A stretch of 64,000 nt of DNA from an uncultured Alphaproteobacteria bacterium (GCA_963700895.1 CAVOZI010000010.1:4113-68112), one strand, 5' to 3'. Positions 53,121 to 62,390 are shown, counted from the first letter of the stretch. The notes: generated from the sequence alone by a model not told the origin. Made by a program: numbers and translations.

Positions 53121-54401
53121 CTACGGCGTCCTGAAGCGGACGGTCTTGTCCCAGAGCATGCGGCTGCCGGCAAGCTTGTGGACGACGTTCATGTAGAAGG
53201 CCGAAACCGCCGCCAGCATCGAGATGCTCGACGACATGAATATGAAGGGCAGGGACAGGACCGATTCCGACTGGCCGTCCTTGTGCGCGCCCACCATGAT
53301 CTGGAAGTAGGGGGAGAAATTGCCGAACCCGATCATGAATGACAGGGCCGGCACCACCGACAGGTTGAATGGCGGATAGCTGAAGAACAGCGGATAGAAA
53401 AGCGACAGCACGAGACAGACGATCGACAGCACCGGGAACACGTAGAACAGCAGGACGAGGGCCGCATCAAGCCGCCGGATCAGCGGTTGCCTCGTGCAGG
53501 CAAGGACCTTGAAGAAGTAGCGGAACAGGCATTCGTTGTGCCCGTAAGCCCAGCGGCGGACCTGCTTCATGCGGGTCGGCCATTGCTCGGGGCTCTCTTC
53601 GTAGCATGCCGCGTGGTTGAGATATTCCACCGTCCAGCCGTTGAGAAACAGCCGGTAGGTCAGGTCGGTGTCCTCGGCCAGAACGTCCTTGCGCCAGCCA
53701 CCTACCTGGTTCAAGGCGGCCAACCTCACAGCGCCACAGGTGCCGCCGAACTGCGGCAGGAAATTGAGCAGCGACCGGGCCTGCTGGTCGACGACATAGC
53801 CGCCGCGGCGCTCGAGGTCGATCAGCCTGGTCAGCATGTTGGTGTTGGTATTGTAAGGCACCACCCGTCCCATCGTCGCGCCAATCTCGGGATCAATGAA
53901 AGGAGCAACCAGCTGCTTGATCAACGACGGTTCAGGCAGGTAGTCGGCATCGAAGAAGACCACAGTTTCCGACTCGAGGGTGGCAATCACTTCCTTGATG
54001 GCGGCGGGCTTGCCCGGCTCTGCACCTGGTTCGCGGTTATAGGCCCGGAAGCGGCGGTCCCGCGCTGCCCATTCAGCGGCAATGCGTCCGGTGGCATCCA
54101 TTGACCGGTCGTTGATCACCATGAAGGCGATCCGCTCGGCCGGGTAGTCGATCTTCGACATCGCCTTTAGACAACCGCCGATGACTTTCTCTTCGTTGTG
54201 CGCCGGGATGAGGATGGTCACCGTCGGCCATTCAGACAGTTCCAGCTCCGCGTAGGCTGAACGGCGGGAAGTGAACAGCATGAACACCGACAGGACGAGC
54301 TGCCGCAAAACAAACAATGCAGTTACCAGCGTGGTCAGTGCGAACACGCCGAGAAACAGGCCTGCGGCCAACAGTTCGCCGATGTTCGAGACCGCACTCA
54401 A
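53121..54401 (-). CDS. Processive GT2 polysaccharide synthase-like glycosyltransferase
   Basis: IPAHNEE, NDRS.D, GKPAA, FDAD, EDTDL, QVRRW; N- and C-terminal TM helices; TTG start. Confidence 0.9.
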   Translation of the reverse strand: MSAVSNIGELLAAGLFLGVFALTTLVTALFVLRQLVLSVFMLFTSRRSAYAELELSEWPTVTILIPAHNEEKVIGGCLKAMSKIDYPAERIAFMVINDRSMDATGRIAAEWAARDRRFRAYNREPGAEPGKPAAIKEVIATLESETVVFFDADYLPEPSLIKQLVAPFIDPEIGATMGRVVPYNTNTNMLTRLIDLERRGGYVVDQQARSLLNFLPQFGGTCGAVRLAALNQVGGWRKDVLAEDTDLTYRLFLNGWTVEYLNHAACYEESPEQWPTRMKQVRRWAYGHNECLFRYFFKVLACTRQPLIRRLDAALVLLFYVFPVLSIVCLVLSLFYPLFFSYPPFNLSVVPALSFMIGFGNFSPYFQIMVGAHKDGQSESVLSLPFIFMSSSISMLAAVSAFYMNVVHKLAGSRMLWDKTVRFRTP

Positions 54402-54442
54402 CTACAGATACTCCCTGTCTGCTGCCTTTTCGGCCGGCGCCA

Positions 54443-55318
54443 TCAAAACGCGTACTTGATCCCGGCAAAGCCTCCGGCGAGGTCATAGAAATCTGTCCAG
54501 AGATATTCACCGCGCACGAACACCTCGACATCAGGAGACAGGTACATCGAGGCCGAAGGGCGCACGCCCACATAGTCGTTGCGCACGCCGATCGAGGCTA
54601 AGCCAAGCTCGTTGTCGTAGGCCGAGGAACCGACAACCGCGCCAAGCCCCATCGACATGTAGCGCGGCCGCACGTGGAGCACTGAAGCACCAGCCTCCCA
54701 GCCAACATTATCGCCCGGCGTGACATAATTGACCGCTCCGCTGAGGCTGCCGACGATGTACGACCCGTCCTGAAAAGGCGCGAAGTACTTGTTGAGCGTT
54801 GCCTGCCCCTGCACTTCCTCGACGCCATTGCGATAACTGCGATAGATCAGTTCGGGCACCACCACCACGCCCGCCTGCGGCCCGAAGTCCACCGTTGCGC
54901 TGCCGTTGATGTATAGCTCCGGCAGAATGCCATCATTGTCAGTGCTGGTGCCGGCCATGAGCTTCATCCGCGTCGAGGGCGTGATCGCGTAGGATAGACC
55001 TGCAGCAAAAAATGCTGCTTCTTCTTCACGCTGGACGTAGGAGGTGTCGACGTGGACACCGAAACCCTCCTCCTCGTAAAGGCTGCCCTGCAGGGCGACG
55101 AAGCCACGGTCACTGAACCCGCTGTCCACCGCATAGGCCCCGCCGGAGAGCTGGATATCGCCCTTGAGCGGGCTTGCCGGAGCCGCAGCCAGCACCTCTT
55201 CACCGGCTGGCGGCGCCGGTGGCGGAGGCAGCAGGTCGGCGGCCATCGACAGCCGGCTCGATGCCAGAATGATCGTTAGGCCAGCAAGAGCGAGGACACT
55301 CTTTCGAGGGGTATTCAT
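54443..55318 (-). CDS. Outer-membrane beta-barrel, YaiO-like
   Basis: Signal peptide, Pro-rich linker, alternating amphipathic strands, C-terminal GIKYAF BAM signal; first gene of the GT2 operon. Confidence 0.68.
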   Translation of the reverse strand: MNTPRKSVLALAGLTIILASSRLSMAADLLPPPPAPPAGEEVLAAAPASPLKGDIQLSGGAYAVDSGFSDRGFVALQGSLYEEEGFGVHVDTSYVQREEEAAFFAAGLSYAITPSTRMKLMAGTSTDNDGILPELYINGSATVDFGPQAGVVVVPELIYRSYRNGVEEVQGQATLNKYFAPFQDGSYIVGSLSGAVNYVTPGDNVGWEAGASVLHVRPRYMSMGLGAVVGSSAYDNELGLASIGVRNDYVGVRPSASMYLSPDVEVFVRGEYLWTDFYDLAGGFAGIKYAF

Positions 55319-55412
55319 AACATGTCCGTCCGCGTCAGGAAGAGGGGTCTGGTCTTTTGTTTTAGGCTGGACAGACTGAAAGTTTGGTTAATGGAAGCCT
55401 AGCGGCCCACCC

Positions 55413-56093
55413 TCAATCACCCCAGGACCCCACCCAGGTGGTGATCTCGTCGACCGTGGCACGCTCTGTACGCAGCTGGTTGATCGGGGCATTGCGATCC
55501 ATGTAGCCGAGCCCAATACCGCAGAACAGCATCCACTCGGCGGGTGGATTGAGATGATCGGCGATGGTCTGGTGCCACTGGGCCCAGGCCTCCTGTGCGC
55601 AGGTATGCAGGCCATGATCGCGGGCCGCCAGCATCAGGCTTTGCAGGAACATTCCCATGTCGGACCACTGCGGCGGACCCATCTCACGGTCGATGTAGGC
55701 AAACAGCCCAACCGGCGCGCCGAACAGCTTGAAGTTCTGCCGGAACTGGGCCAGGCGCCCTGGCTTGTCGTCCCGTGTAACCCCGATGGTCGCATAGAGG
55801 TCCTCACCACACTTGAAGCGCCGGGACTTGTAAGGGTCCTTGAGGTCCGGCGGATAGACGCAATACTCGGTTGGCTCACCACGCGGTGTCACCTCCATCT
55901 TGCATGCCACATCATCGAGCAATGCTTCCAGCGCATCACCTGTCACGGCGTAGAGGTGCCAGGGTTGCAGGTTGCCACCCGAAGGCGCCCATCGGGCCTT
56001 GTCGATAATGTTCCTGACCGTGTCGACCGGGACCGGATCGGGCAGGAATTTCCGGCAACTGATGCGGGACAGCAGCGCGTCGGCAACAGGCAT
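55413..56093 (-). CDS. Nitroreductase family protein
   Basis: SRISCRKF, APSGGNLQPW, FGAP, DMGMFLQSLMLAA...GLHTC. Confidence 0.92.
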   Translation of the reverse strand: MPVADALLSRISCRKFLPDPVPVDTVRNIIDKARWAPSGGNLQPWHLYAVTGDALEALLDDVACKMEVTPRGEPTEYCVYPPDLKDPYKSRRFKCGEDLYATIGVTRDDKPGRLAQFRQNFKLFGAPVGLFAYIDREMGPPQWSDMGMFLQSLMLAARDHGLHTCAQEAWAQWHQTIADHLNPPAEWMLFCGIGLGYMDRNAPINQLRTERATVDEITTWVGSWGD

Positions 56094-56309
56094 CCAGACC
56101 TCCAAGTTTATACAGTTGGCGAGAGACCCCAGCTTAGGGCCCTGTCCCGTGGCAGCGCAATGACGAGGCTGGCGGTGGTGCGTCGCATCGGTGGGCAGCT
56201 GCCTGGTCCGGAATCGCTTCATGACGGTGTTGTAATGGCGCCATCTTGACCAGTCCCTGCTGCACAGGGCGGAGGCACTTGCGCCGATCGACCCGGGCTG
56301 GCATTAAGG

Positions 56310-56318
56310 TTATCCACA
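56310..56318 (+). promoter_or_regulatory. Perfect DnaA box
   Basis: TTATCCACA, followed by degenerate inverted TGTGCATGG. Confidence 0.45.
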
Positions 56319-56408
56319 GGTTGTGCATGGCTCAGCTGATCTGGCTTGGCATGGTACGGCCGGGCAGTGAATACTCAGCACCGAGGGCAACGGGCGGCAC
56401 GGGATATC

Positions 56409-56855
56409 ATGTCAGGCAGACTCACCCTGGGCGAGGCGGCAAGGAAGAGCGGCATCGGTCTTGACAGCCTGATGAAGGCCATCCGCGCCGGTACCATCGC
56501 GGCATCAAGGTGCGAGCAGGACGGCTATGTGATCCTGCATCGCGATCTTGATCGTTTCCTCGCGCAGCGCACCCGGGAGGCTGGTGGCCGTGTGCCCCCT
56601 CCACCAAGACAGGCGCCCCTGCCGCGCAACGGTCACACCGACCTGCCGGCATCGATCAGCCGGGTACGTGAAGCCTTCGGGGCCGCACCTCCACCACCCC
56701 CCGAGCCACCAACACCTGAACCTGCGGCCCCTGCGGCCCGCAGCCTGGACCACTGGTGCGAGACCTACCTGATCGAGCTGCGCAAGGTCGACTGGTACCT
56801 GCGCAAGCTGGAAGCTGACGCTGCCTGGCTGGACGAGACCCTGACCAGGCGCTGA
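56409..56855 (+). CDS. Excisionase-like helix-turn-helix protein with Pro-rich linker
   Basis: LTLGEAARKSGIG..SL.KAIRAG.I.ASR...GY.I...DLDRF. Confidence 0.7.
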   Translation: MSGRLTLGEAARKSGIGLDSLMKAIRAGTIAASRCEQDGYVILHRDLDRFLAQRTREAGGRVPPPPRQAPLPRNGHTDLPASISRVREAFGAAPPPPPEPPTPEPAAPAARSLDHWCETYLIELRKVDWYLRKLEADAAWLDETLTRR

Positions 56856-56871
56856 ACGGGCTGGTGCATCG

Positions 56872-56890
56872 TTAGCCATCCATTAACCAT
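56872..56890 (+). promoter_or_regulatory. Candidate CtrA box
   Basis: TTAG-N7-TTAACCAT about 40 bp upstream of ORF 56931. Confidence 0.55.
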
Positions 56891-56930
56891 CTCCTCCGCA
56901 CACTGCGGATCGGGACGGAGGACGCAAGCG

Positions 56931-57194
56931 ATGGCAACATCATCGGCAGTATTGGCGCGCGCCGGGCTGGGTGTGCTGGCGGATAATGATGACGCGCCGG
57001 CAACAGCAGGAATGCCGCTCGACCCTCGCGATCTGCCCGCACCGGCAGGCCGGGATCACCATGGTGACAGTACCGGCGATCTTGACCGGCTCCTGGCAGA
57101 CCTTAAGGCGGAAGTCGAGAGACCGCTGCTGACGGCAATGATGCAGGACCTGCGCCTTGTGCTGCAGAGGCTCAGACTGCAGCAGCCCGGTTGA
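56931..57194 (+). CDS. Hypothetical protein (87 aa)
   Basis: GGAGG RBS; fits between neighbouring genes. Confidence 0.55.
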   Translation: MATSSAVLARAGLGVLADNDDAPATAGMPLDPRDLPAPAGRDHHGDSTGDLDRLLADLKAEVERPLLTAMMQDLRLVLQRLRLQQPG

Positions 57195-57204
57195 CGAAGA
57201 TCAA
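57191..57204 (+). promoter_or_regulatory. FNR/FixK box
   Basis: TTGAC-GAAG-ATCAA upstream of a cytochrome c gene. Confidence 0.7.
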
Positions 57205-57238
57205 GGCGGGCAGCGCGCTGACGGGTCATTCTTGATTC

Positions 57239-57586
57239 ATGATCAACATCTACTTCAGGCACGCCGGTCTTTGCCTCGCCATCATCCTGGTCGCCGCGTT
57301 GCATGCCGGCCCGGCCAGGGCCCAAGGCAATGCCGACAAGGGCAAGGCATTTGTCGAGCGCAACTGTGCTCGCTGCCATGCCGTCGGGCTTGACGATGAC
57401 AGTCACATGCCAGAAGCACCTGCACTGCGCTCCCTGCACACGAGATATCCGATCGACAGCCTGACTGAAGCTTTCGCCGAAGGCATCGTCACCGGTCACC
57501 CTGCAATGCCGCAGTTCGAACTCGACATGGATACGATTTCGGACATGCTGGCCTACATCAAGAGCCTGTCCGGCACGGGACAATGA
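57239..57586 (+). CDS. Small periplasmic monoheme cytochrome c
   Basis: Signal peptide, CARCH, GHPAMP distal Met. Confidence 0.9.
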   Translation: MINIYFRHAGLCLAIILVAALHAGPARAQGNADKGKAFVERNCARCHAVGLDDDSHMPEAPALRSLHTRYPIDSLTEAFAEGIVTGHPAMPQFELDMDTISDMLAYIKSLSGTGQ

Positions 57587-57895
57587 TCCAATCCGGTCAG
57601 GGCCCGATCATGGAATGACGGTCTCGGACGCGCCCCTTTTTCGGGTGGCGAGGGGTGCGCTGTGCTTGGAGCTTGTTTTGCACGGATACAATCTATAATT
57701 GTATAAATACCGATCAATCCCCTTCTGAGATAGGTCGGCATGTCCGAGCCCGCCCTGAGCAACGATCTGCAAGAGTCGTTTCAGATGGACCACGTGCCGG
57801 GAGCGCGGCCAGGCCTAGCCCCGGCAATACCCGGTCAGCCCATCCGTGATAGCCGCTGATGTCCATGCACCCGTATCGTGCACTGGAGTTTCTCA

Positions 57896-58402
57896 TCACC
57901 GGGCCGGCCGCTGTGCCCGGTCGCGCAGGATGTCCAGCACAACCCGGCGGCGGCGACCGGCGGCCCGCCGCTGGTAGCCTGCAAGGCTTGAGAGCTTGCG
58001 GGAGAGCCTGTCGAGCCGGTCATTGCCGGCCAGGCAAACCGTGACGGCATCCGGGTCTCCTTCATCGCGGCTGGCGTTGCCGGGCCCGTCGTCCAGGGAC
58101 AGGCCGGTTCCCGGCTGACAGTCCTGGTCAAGCCCTGCTGCCTCCAGCATCTCCTGCCACAGCGTCTGCTGGACCCGGCGAATGTCCTCGACATGGGCCT
58201 GCAGCTCGGCAAGTTCATCGAGACAGTCCGGAACAGCTCCAGTTATCGCGTCCCGGGCAAAGGCGTCGCGCAATTGCTGCACCCGGGGAGACGGGCCGGC
58301 CGACGAGCCGATCCGGGTGAACAGTCCGTGGGTGCGGGCGTTGAGGCGAGCCCCGAGACGGTCTGCAGCCGGAGATGGCCTGTTGCTGTCAGCCGCTTTC
58401 AT
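57896..58402 (-). CDS. Hypothetical protein with NARTHGL (NAxxHGL-type) motif
   Basis: ATGA overlap with upstream gene; motif recalled from alphaproteobacterial island/prophage hypothetical proteins. Confidence 0.55.
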   Translation of the reverse strand: MKAADSNRPSPAADRLGARLNARTHGLFTRIGSSAGPSPRVQQLRDAFARDAITGAVPDCLDELAELQAHVEDIRRVQQTLWQEMLEAAGLDQDCQPGTGLSLDDGPGNASRDEGDPDAVTVCLAGNDRLDRLSRKLSSLAGYQRRAAGRRRRVVLDILRDRAQRPAR

Positions 58403-59313
58403 TGGAGACCCGATGCCCTGGTATTTGCCGCTGGCTGGCAGGCTTTTGCCGAGTTCGACAGGGCCGTGTTGGATGATGCCGAACGAGCCAATGCCGTGTC
58501 CACAACCGCAGTATTGGCCCGCGCCATGCCAACCCCGGCCAAGGCGGGTCTGAGCCCATTCGCTGCAGCCGTATTGGCGGCGATTGAAGAGTTGGAGGCA
58601 GCCAGGTTGGCGGTCATGGTCGTGTTGGCGTCTGGCCGCACAGTCAGAATCCCGGCAGCCGTCGGGCACGGGATCTCCGCTATGGCCTCATTGCTTCGCT
58701 GCTGCAACAACATCGCCTTTGCCTGACCGATGAACACATAGTCCTTGAACAGGGCCTGTCGCTGCCGTTCGCACAGATGGGTCATTTGCTCAAGCCGGGT
58801 GTAACTCGCCATTACCCTGTCGATGGCAAGGGCATGCAACCCGGCCCAGGAGAGCTGATTCATATCCATCAGCACGTTTTCAATGACGTCGGCTGCTGCC
58901 TGGTCACCCGCCAAGGCGTTCAGCATCATGACGATAGCCATTGCCTTTGCCTCGCCGAGGGTTTCAATCTTCAAGTCATTGTGGTGTTTGTTCGCAAACA
59001 GGATGACCGACAATTCCTCGCTGCCGACCTCAATCAGGGCCCGTTGGACAAGGTCGACCTGCGCCTGTCGCAAACGCCGGATCTGCCACGTGTTGTAGAC
59101 CACATCCTCGATGTAATGAGCCTCCAGCACGCTTTCGGGCCTGAGTTCGTTGAACAGTTCGCGCTGCAGCATCGTGTAGTGCTCGTCCGGCTCCGTCGTC
59201 AGCACCGGCGGACTGGCAAGGCAAGGAAGATAGCGGTCCAGGTAATCAGCGCCCGATCCGGGCCCCAGCACCGATTGACCAGATATGGTCTGCTTTGGAT
59301 TGTTGGTATTCAT
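58399..59313 (-). CDS. Hypothetical island-associated protein
   Basis: AGGAG RBS; PPVL..E....Y..L......L.P....E.....D.....W.I.RLR motif; Ala/Asn/Thr-rich tail. Confidence 0.7.
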   Translation of the reverse strand: MNTNNPKQTISGQSVLGPGSGADYLDRYLPCLASPPVLTTEPDEHYTMLQRELFNELRPESVLEAHYIEDVVYNTWQIRRLRQAQVDLVQRALIEVGSEELSVILFANKHHNDLKIETLGEAKAMAIVMMLNALAGDQAAADVIENVLMDMNQLSWAGLHALAIDRVMASYTRLEQMTHLCERQRQALFKDYVFIGQAKAMLLQQRSNEAIAEIPCPTAAGILTVRPDANTTMTANLAASNSSIAANTAAANGLRPALAGVGMARANTAVVDTALARSASSNTALSNSAKACQPAANTRASGLQ

Positions 59314-59745
59314 ATGCACTCCTGTAATTGTTTTCGGCAATAGGCCGCACAGAAAGGTCTGACGCCCTGCCTGACAGTGGTATTTAGTGATCTCGACGGT
59401 TCCAGCATCCGTCTCGCTCGGGAATGCGTTGCCAAACGCATCCTGTGCCGTTTTGCGCGCCGCAACCGGGGCTGACAGCCGGTATCGCCGTCACAGTGCA
59501 CGTGTCCACAAGGGGCAGGATCGGCCGAGCAGGCGCCTGCAGCAATGGCGTCGATGCACGCAGCGCTTTCACAAGGGCATGATGGGCGCGCCGGGCAGAT
59601 CACAGCCCTGCCCTGAACATCCCGCAGGGGGCCGGTAGTGCGCCGATCACTGTCGCGTCCGGCCCAGCCGGGCATGGCCGAGGCAGGCCAGACAGTTCCT
59701 CTAGCCTGATTGCAACCGGGGTGCCGCCTGGTCATGAACCCGATG

Positions 59746-60237
59746 TCAGCCGACATCCAGTGGCGCCGTGTTGGCCCCAGTGATTTCTGCTGCCACCGTG
59801 AGGAAAGCAGAGGGACTGGTTGACGATGGATAGAAGCGCGAGGCTACAACGGGTGGCATGCAATGCACTTCTGCAAACGCCTCGTTGCTCAACTCCTCTA
59901 GAAATCTCGCCATTTCCGGGTCTATCGCCTCACAGTGCGCCAACGCCTCCTGCCGCCAGCTTTCTAGCCCTGAGACATAACGTTGGAGACTGTCATAGTC
60001 TTCATCCTCTGCCAGATCCTCTAGAGCAAGGGCATACAGATCCTCCCATGAGAGCTGCAGCGCACGCTCGAGCAAATCCTCGACGAGGTCGACAAAACAT
60101 GGCTCTTCCGACAGGGCTTCGGACAACAACACTGCCGACATTAACCTTGCTTCAAAAGCCGTCTGGCAATTCCCGAAAATCGGACCGTTGTCCTTGAGAC
60201 CAAATTCCTCAAGTGCATCAATAGCGATGTGATACAT
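59746..60237 (-). CDS. Hypothetical acidic helical protein
   Basis: AGAGGT RBS before MYHIAID; 163 aa. Confidence 0.55.
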   Translation of the reverse strand: MYHIAIDALEEFGLKDNGPIFGNCQTAFEARLMSAVLLSEALSEEPCFVDLVEDLLERALQLSWEDLYALALEDLAEDEDYDSLQRYVSGLESWRQEALAHCEAIDPEMARFLEELSNEAFAEVHCMPPVVASRFYPSSTSPSAFLTVAAEITGANTAPLDVG

Positions 60238-60592
60238 GGCACCTCTGACCGCCTCACCCGGGGAACCCGTGGTGTTGCGGCCGGCGCGCGCCACTCACCT
60301 GCATGCATCAGCACGGGGGCAGCCGAAGGGATTGGTGTCAGAGGGTATTGAGGACGCGAAGCAGCATCAGGCGATCATTGCAGGCGCTGGAGCCCACCCC
60401 GCCATCGAGCTGACAGAACAGCCATTCAGAACTTGAGACGGGATACGCGTCGCGGAAGGTTGCGGAAACAACACTGCCGCATGCCTCAGATTGGCATGCA
60501 GAGGCCCGGTTTCAAGACTGCTCAGGCAGACCGGTGCATGCGGCGAACTGTAGCCGGATAACCGCAAGTCAGGTGTGCGGACAACCGGACCC

Positions 60593-60820
60593 TTACGCCG
60601 CAACGGGTGCGAAGTCCGCCTCCAGCAGGCTGATATGGCTGGCAATCTCTTCCAGCGTGACATAGCTGCCATCAGCCGGATACTCGGCGTACGGCCATCC
60701 GAACGGGGCGACTAGCCGGAAACCGCCTTCGCCGTTGCCCTGGAGATCCAGCTGGTAAGCGAGGAAGGCGCAGGCGCGCAGTTCATCCACGCGATACACC
60801 TTGTTGTTTTCAAGCGACAT
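60593..60820 (-). CDS. Hypothetical protein (75 aa)
   Basis: Protein-like composition, ATG start next to the tandem repeat. Confidence 0.45.
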   Translation of the reverse strand: MSLENNKVYRVDELRACAFLAYQLDLQGNGEGGFRLVAPFGWPYAEYPADGSYVTLEEIASHISLLEADFAPVAA

Positions 60821-60821
60821 T

Positions 60822-61049
60822 GCAGTATTCCATGACTTGTCTGTCTGAAGCTCGCCCCGCTGCCCCGGTTATCCGGCAGAGAGCCAGCAGTTCATATGGC
60901 TGATGCGCATGACTGAAGCATGACGGGTCCAGAACGCAGTATTCCATGACTTGTCTGTCTGAAGCTCGCCCCGCTGCCCCGGTTATCCGGCAGAGAGCCA
61001 GCAGTTCGTATGGCTGATGCGCATGACTGAAGCATGACGGGTCCAGAAC
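60822..61049. repeat. 114-bp tandem duplication (two copies, one mismatch)
   Basis: 60822-60935 and 60936-61049; differ only at TTCATATGG vs TTCGTATGG. Confidence 0.95.
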
Positions 61050-61864
61050 AAAGTCCTTTTGGCAACCGTCACCCCTGACAGCGCCAGTAAACCGGTTGGA
61101 TTGAGGCCAATCTGCCAAGCCACCCCGGCGAAATTAACGATAACTCGAAACAACCGCTGTCTGGGACGTCGAATCTGGCGCAATATGGAAAAGCCGGCCC
61201 GGACTGAGAGAGATTGCCGTCCCTGCTCGTCCGGACCGGTAGGCCCCGTAGCCGTCAAGACAAGCCGCACGCGACTTGATGTGCTAAGGGGTCACCTCTT
61301 CTTTCGCTGGTTTGATCCCAGCTGTTTCAGTATGACGCGCTCCCGATGTGCATCATGTGCATTCCGTCACATCGTGAACCCGAGCAGCAAATGTTCCTGC
61401 GGTGCATTTGCTCCTGTCACCTGTCGCGATTGTTGCCCGGCTTGTGTGAAATGCCGGTAAACAAAGGTGGTTGAGGCAAACTTAACCTCTGAAAGGCAGG
61501 TGAGACGTTTTATGCCCCCTGAAATTTCGGCTCTGTTTGGACAGCACATGCGGGTAGGCAATCAGGGCGCTGTATGACAGGATAAGCGAGCTGGCCTGGA
61601 CTGGTCGCGCGGCGACACGCTACGCCAGCCCGGGCCAGTGAACCGCATCTATTTCAGTCCCGAGCGGCGGACCGCTGAAACGGTATCCGGTCGCTGGCCC
61701 GACCCTGATTTCCTCAACTGCCGGATTACTTGGCTGCAAGGATGCAGCCATCGTCCTTGCCTGCAGCCTGGTTGCTGACAGCCAGCAGGTTATAATTCGC
61801 CATAAATAACCTCACTGACCTGCTCGACAGCACTGCCCGGGATGGCCGGCGGATCCTCTCGCAG

Positions 61865-62188
61865 TCACCCGGTGACACCGCGCCCCAAGCATTGCCGGAT
61901 CGAGGTGCGCAGCACATCGGCCTCCTGCTCCGGCGGTTCACTCGGCCGCGATGGACGGGTGGCAACAGACGGTGTCGATGCAACGCACGGCACCGGCGGG
62001 TGTTGCTCAACAGGCCCCGGGGGGCGAGATAACATGCTGAGGACCCGGTCCCGATAGCCCGAGAGTATCCGGACTTGCTCCTCGTTGAGGACGCGACCTT
62101 CCGCGCACAGCCGCTCGAGCGTAGTGAGCTCCTGGTTGATCCCGTCAAGGGCCAGTTCTTCCTCGGTGAGATAATTGAGACGCGACAT
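61865..62188 (-). CDS. Hypothetical protein (107 aa)
   Basis: MSRLNYLTEEELALDGINQEL... helical N-terminus, Pro-rich linker. Confidence 0.5.
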   Translation of the reverse strand: MSRLNYLTEEELALDGINQELTTLERLCAEGRVLNEEQVRILSGYRDRVLSMLSRPPGPVEQHPPVPCVASTPSVATRPSRPSEPPEQEADVLRTSIRQCLGRGVTG

Positions 62189-62374
62189 GGGGCACCACTC
62201 GTCTGCCAGCACCTGTCTCGATCTCGCAAGCGACAGGTGGATCACCGCATCTACAGCGACCCTATCGCCGGAACCGGCCGATGTCGCGCCCGGCAACAGG
62301 ACAGGGTTATCAGCCTTGGTTACCGGGCCACAGGTCTAGCCGGGCAGCAACAGTACCAGACTTCGGTCAAGGCG

Positions 62375-62390
62375 TTAACCATCTGTTAAC
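62375..62390. promoter_or_regulatory. Perfect CtrA box
   Basis: TTAA-CCATCTG-TTAAC; also matches the consensus on the reverse strand. Confidence 0.7.

Noticed and set aside
56300-56330. Replication origin
   Set aside because: Only one good DnaA box, no AT-rich unwinding element, and no rep, dnaA or par genes
60822-61049. Possible CRISPR array
   Set aside because: Two abutting 114-bp copies with no spacers and no cas genes
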